Below, one piece after another: positions 61,860 to 64,000 of a DNA stretch of 64,000 nucleotides. The notes under the pieces were generated by a model. The model had not been told where the DNA came from, did not search any database, and saw only the letters and a list, made by a program, of their open reading frames with translations. This DNA comes from Squalus acanthias (lineage: Eukaryota), in contig CM059452.1 of the NCBI GenBank assembly GCA_030390025.1, positions 7,564,001-7,628,000 of the forward strand, written 5' to 3'. Within the stretch, counting starts at the first letter, position 1; the number at the start of each line of letters is the position of its first letter. Position numbers and translations under genes: made by a program.

Positions 61860-63510
61860 GCTCTATTTAGAGAACTGCGTTCAATTCAGGGCACCGCCCA
61901 TCCGGATGGATATACTGGCTTTAGAGGGTGCAACGCCAATTCACCCGAATCATACCGGGGCTGAAAGCGTTAAATTATGAGGACAGGTTGCATTGAATAG
62001 TCTTGTATTCCATTGAGCATAGAAGATTAAGAGGTGATCTAACTGAGGTGTTTAAGTTGATAAATGGAATTGATAGAGGAGATAGAGAGAACATAAGAAC
62101 ATAAGAACATAAGAAATAGGAGCAGGAGTAGGCCAATCGGCCCCTCGAGCCTGCTCCGCCATTCAATAAGATCATGGCTGATCTGATCCTAACCGCCAAT
62201 CTACTATCTATCACAGAACCATCTCCTGCATCTAACAGAATTGCACACACGAAATAGGAGCAGAATCAGGCTACACGGTCCCTGGGCCCGCTCCACTACC
62301 CACAGGGCCATGACCGATCCGAACCTAGACTCATGTCCAAATTCCTGCCCGCTCCCCGTAACCCTTAATGCCCTTTACTTCTAGGAAACTGTCTATTTCT
62401 GTTTTAAATTTATTTAATGATGTAGCTTCTACAGCTTTTTGTGGCAGCATATTCCATGGACCTACCACCCTCTGAGTGAAGTAGTTCCTCCTCATCTCAG
62501 TTTTGAAAGAGCAGCCCCTTATTCTAAGACTATGTCCCCTAGTTCTAGTCTCACCCGTCATCGGGAACATCCACCCCGCATCCACCCGATCCAACCCCTT
62601 CACAATCTTATATGTTTCAATAAGATCGCCTCTCATTCTTCTGAACTCCAATGAGTAGAGTCCCAATCTACCCAACCTCTCCTCATATGACCACCCCCTC
62701 ATCCCCGGGATTAACCGAGTGAACCTTTTTTGCACTGCCTCGAGAGCAAGGATGTCTTTCCTTAAGTAAGGACACCAAAACTGTATGCAGTATTCCAGGT
62801 GCGGTCTCACCAATACCTTGTACAACTGAAGCAATACCTCCCTATTTTTATATTCTATCCCCCTAGCAATGAAAGCCAACATTCCATTTGCCTTCTTAAT
62901 CACTTGCTGCACCTGCATACTAACCTTTTGAGTTTCGTGCACCAGGACCCCCAGATCCCTTTGCACTTCAGTACTCTCCAGTTTCTTGCCATTAAGATAA
63001 TAAATTGCTCTAGGATTTTTCCTGCCAAAGTGCATCACCTCACACTTTCCAGTGTTGTATTCCATCTGCCAAATCTCTGTCCACTTACTTAGCCTGTCTA
63101 TGTCCCCTTTCAGGTTTTTTATGTCCTCCTCACTCACTACTTTCCCTCCCATCTTTGTATCATCTGCAAATTTTGATATGTTACACTTGGTCCCTTCCTC
63201 TGGTGCGGGAGTCCAGAACAAGGGGCATAGCCTTAAAATTAGAACCGAGCCCTTCAGGGGTGATGTCAGGAAGCACTTCTTCAAACAAAGGACAGTGGAA
63301 ATCTGGAACTCGCTCCTCCCAGAAGCTGTTGAGTCTGGGGTTCAACTGAAAATTTCAAAACTGAGATTGATAGATGTTTGGTAGGCAAGTTATCAAGGGT
63401 TACAGAAACAAGGCGAGTAGATGGTGTTGAGGTGTAGATCAGCCATGATCTCACTGAATGGCGGAACAGGCTGGATGGGCTGAATGGCCTACTCCTGGTT
63501 CCCATGTTGC
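61860..63510. mobile_element. Nested CR1 LINEs: plus-strand copy (61860-62090 and 63195-63510) interrupted by minus-strand copies (62090-62195, ~62230-63195)
   Basis: ORF 62331-63284: SKFADDTK...VRPHLEYCIQFW...; acataagaac tail at 62091; plus-strand CR1 sequence resumes at cctctggtg. Confidence 0.85.
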
Positions 63511-64000
63511 TATTACTGCCCTGCGGTCATATTTCCTTCTGACTGTCTCTCACCAGACATGAGAAATGCTCACTAATGAGAGAAATTAACAAACTACTTC
63601 ACATCGGCATTACACATTATTCACCACCAAAAACGACCCCTTGGAACTCCATTCTCCTGACCTTTCACTTCTCCTCAAAATCGCAACAAGACACCAGAAA
63701 ATTAACTTTGCTTCCTATTGCACTTAAAATCCTGGATATCATTTGACACTCGTTTTCAACCAGTGTAATTTTCGTGTGGAGCTCTTGATGCTGGGGGCGG
63801 AGCCATTATAATGAGCGGGATGCGTTCGCGCTCAAGGATCGATAGACGGGCGTAAAGGAGCAAGGGATTTCAGGAAGAGCGCCATTTTGTGCCTAATAAA
63901 ATTGCGCCGGAATTTATTCAATGTTTTTACGCCGGGTATTTGCTTCACAGCCCATTACAGGTGGCTCTGGGAGCAAATACACAGGAAATGTTAAAGAGTC

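Overview
Vertebrate genomic DNA from a cartilaginous fish (shark-type antigen receptor genes, CR1/L2 LINEs, tRNA-derived SINEs, Penelope-type repeats). Positions ~3.4-50.7 kb hold an array of about 20-23 T-cell-receptor alpha/delta-type V segments in both orientations, most with a 3' heptamer/23(24)-bp/nonamer RSS. About 4 look intact (4579-, 5759-, 8964+, 27925+), 2 have an intact V exon but an unresolved leader, and the rest are defective ORFs or pseudogenes produced by local direct and inverted duplications. Downstream (51.3 kb onward) is a shark IgM heavy-chain gene whose VH-(D)-JH is already joined in frame in the germline, with no RSS. It is followed by intact C-mu1 and C-mu2 exons; the remaining C exons presumably lie beyond the window. 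An N-gap at 49.4-49.6 kb lies between the clear TCR V genes and the IgH gene, so the linkage needs confirmation. Other notable structures are a young 302-bp tandem array carrying minimal hammerhead ribozymes (13-bp TSD, empty paralogous site in the window), a MITE nested in its own family, promoter/leader-swapped chimeric V genes, intronless leader-V genes, a V family with a 24-bp RSS spacer, and CTCF-like motifs next to RSSs.
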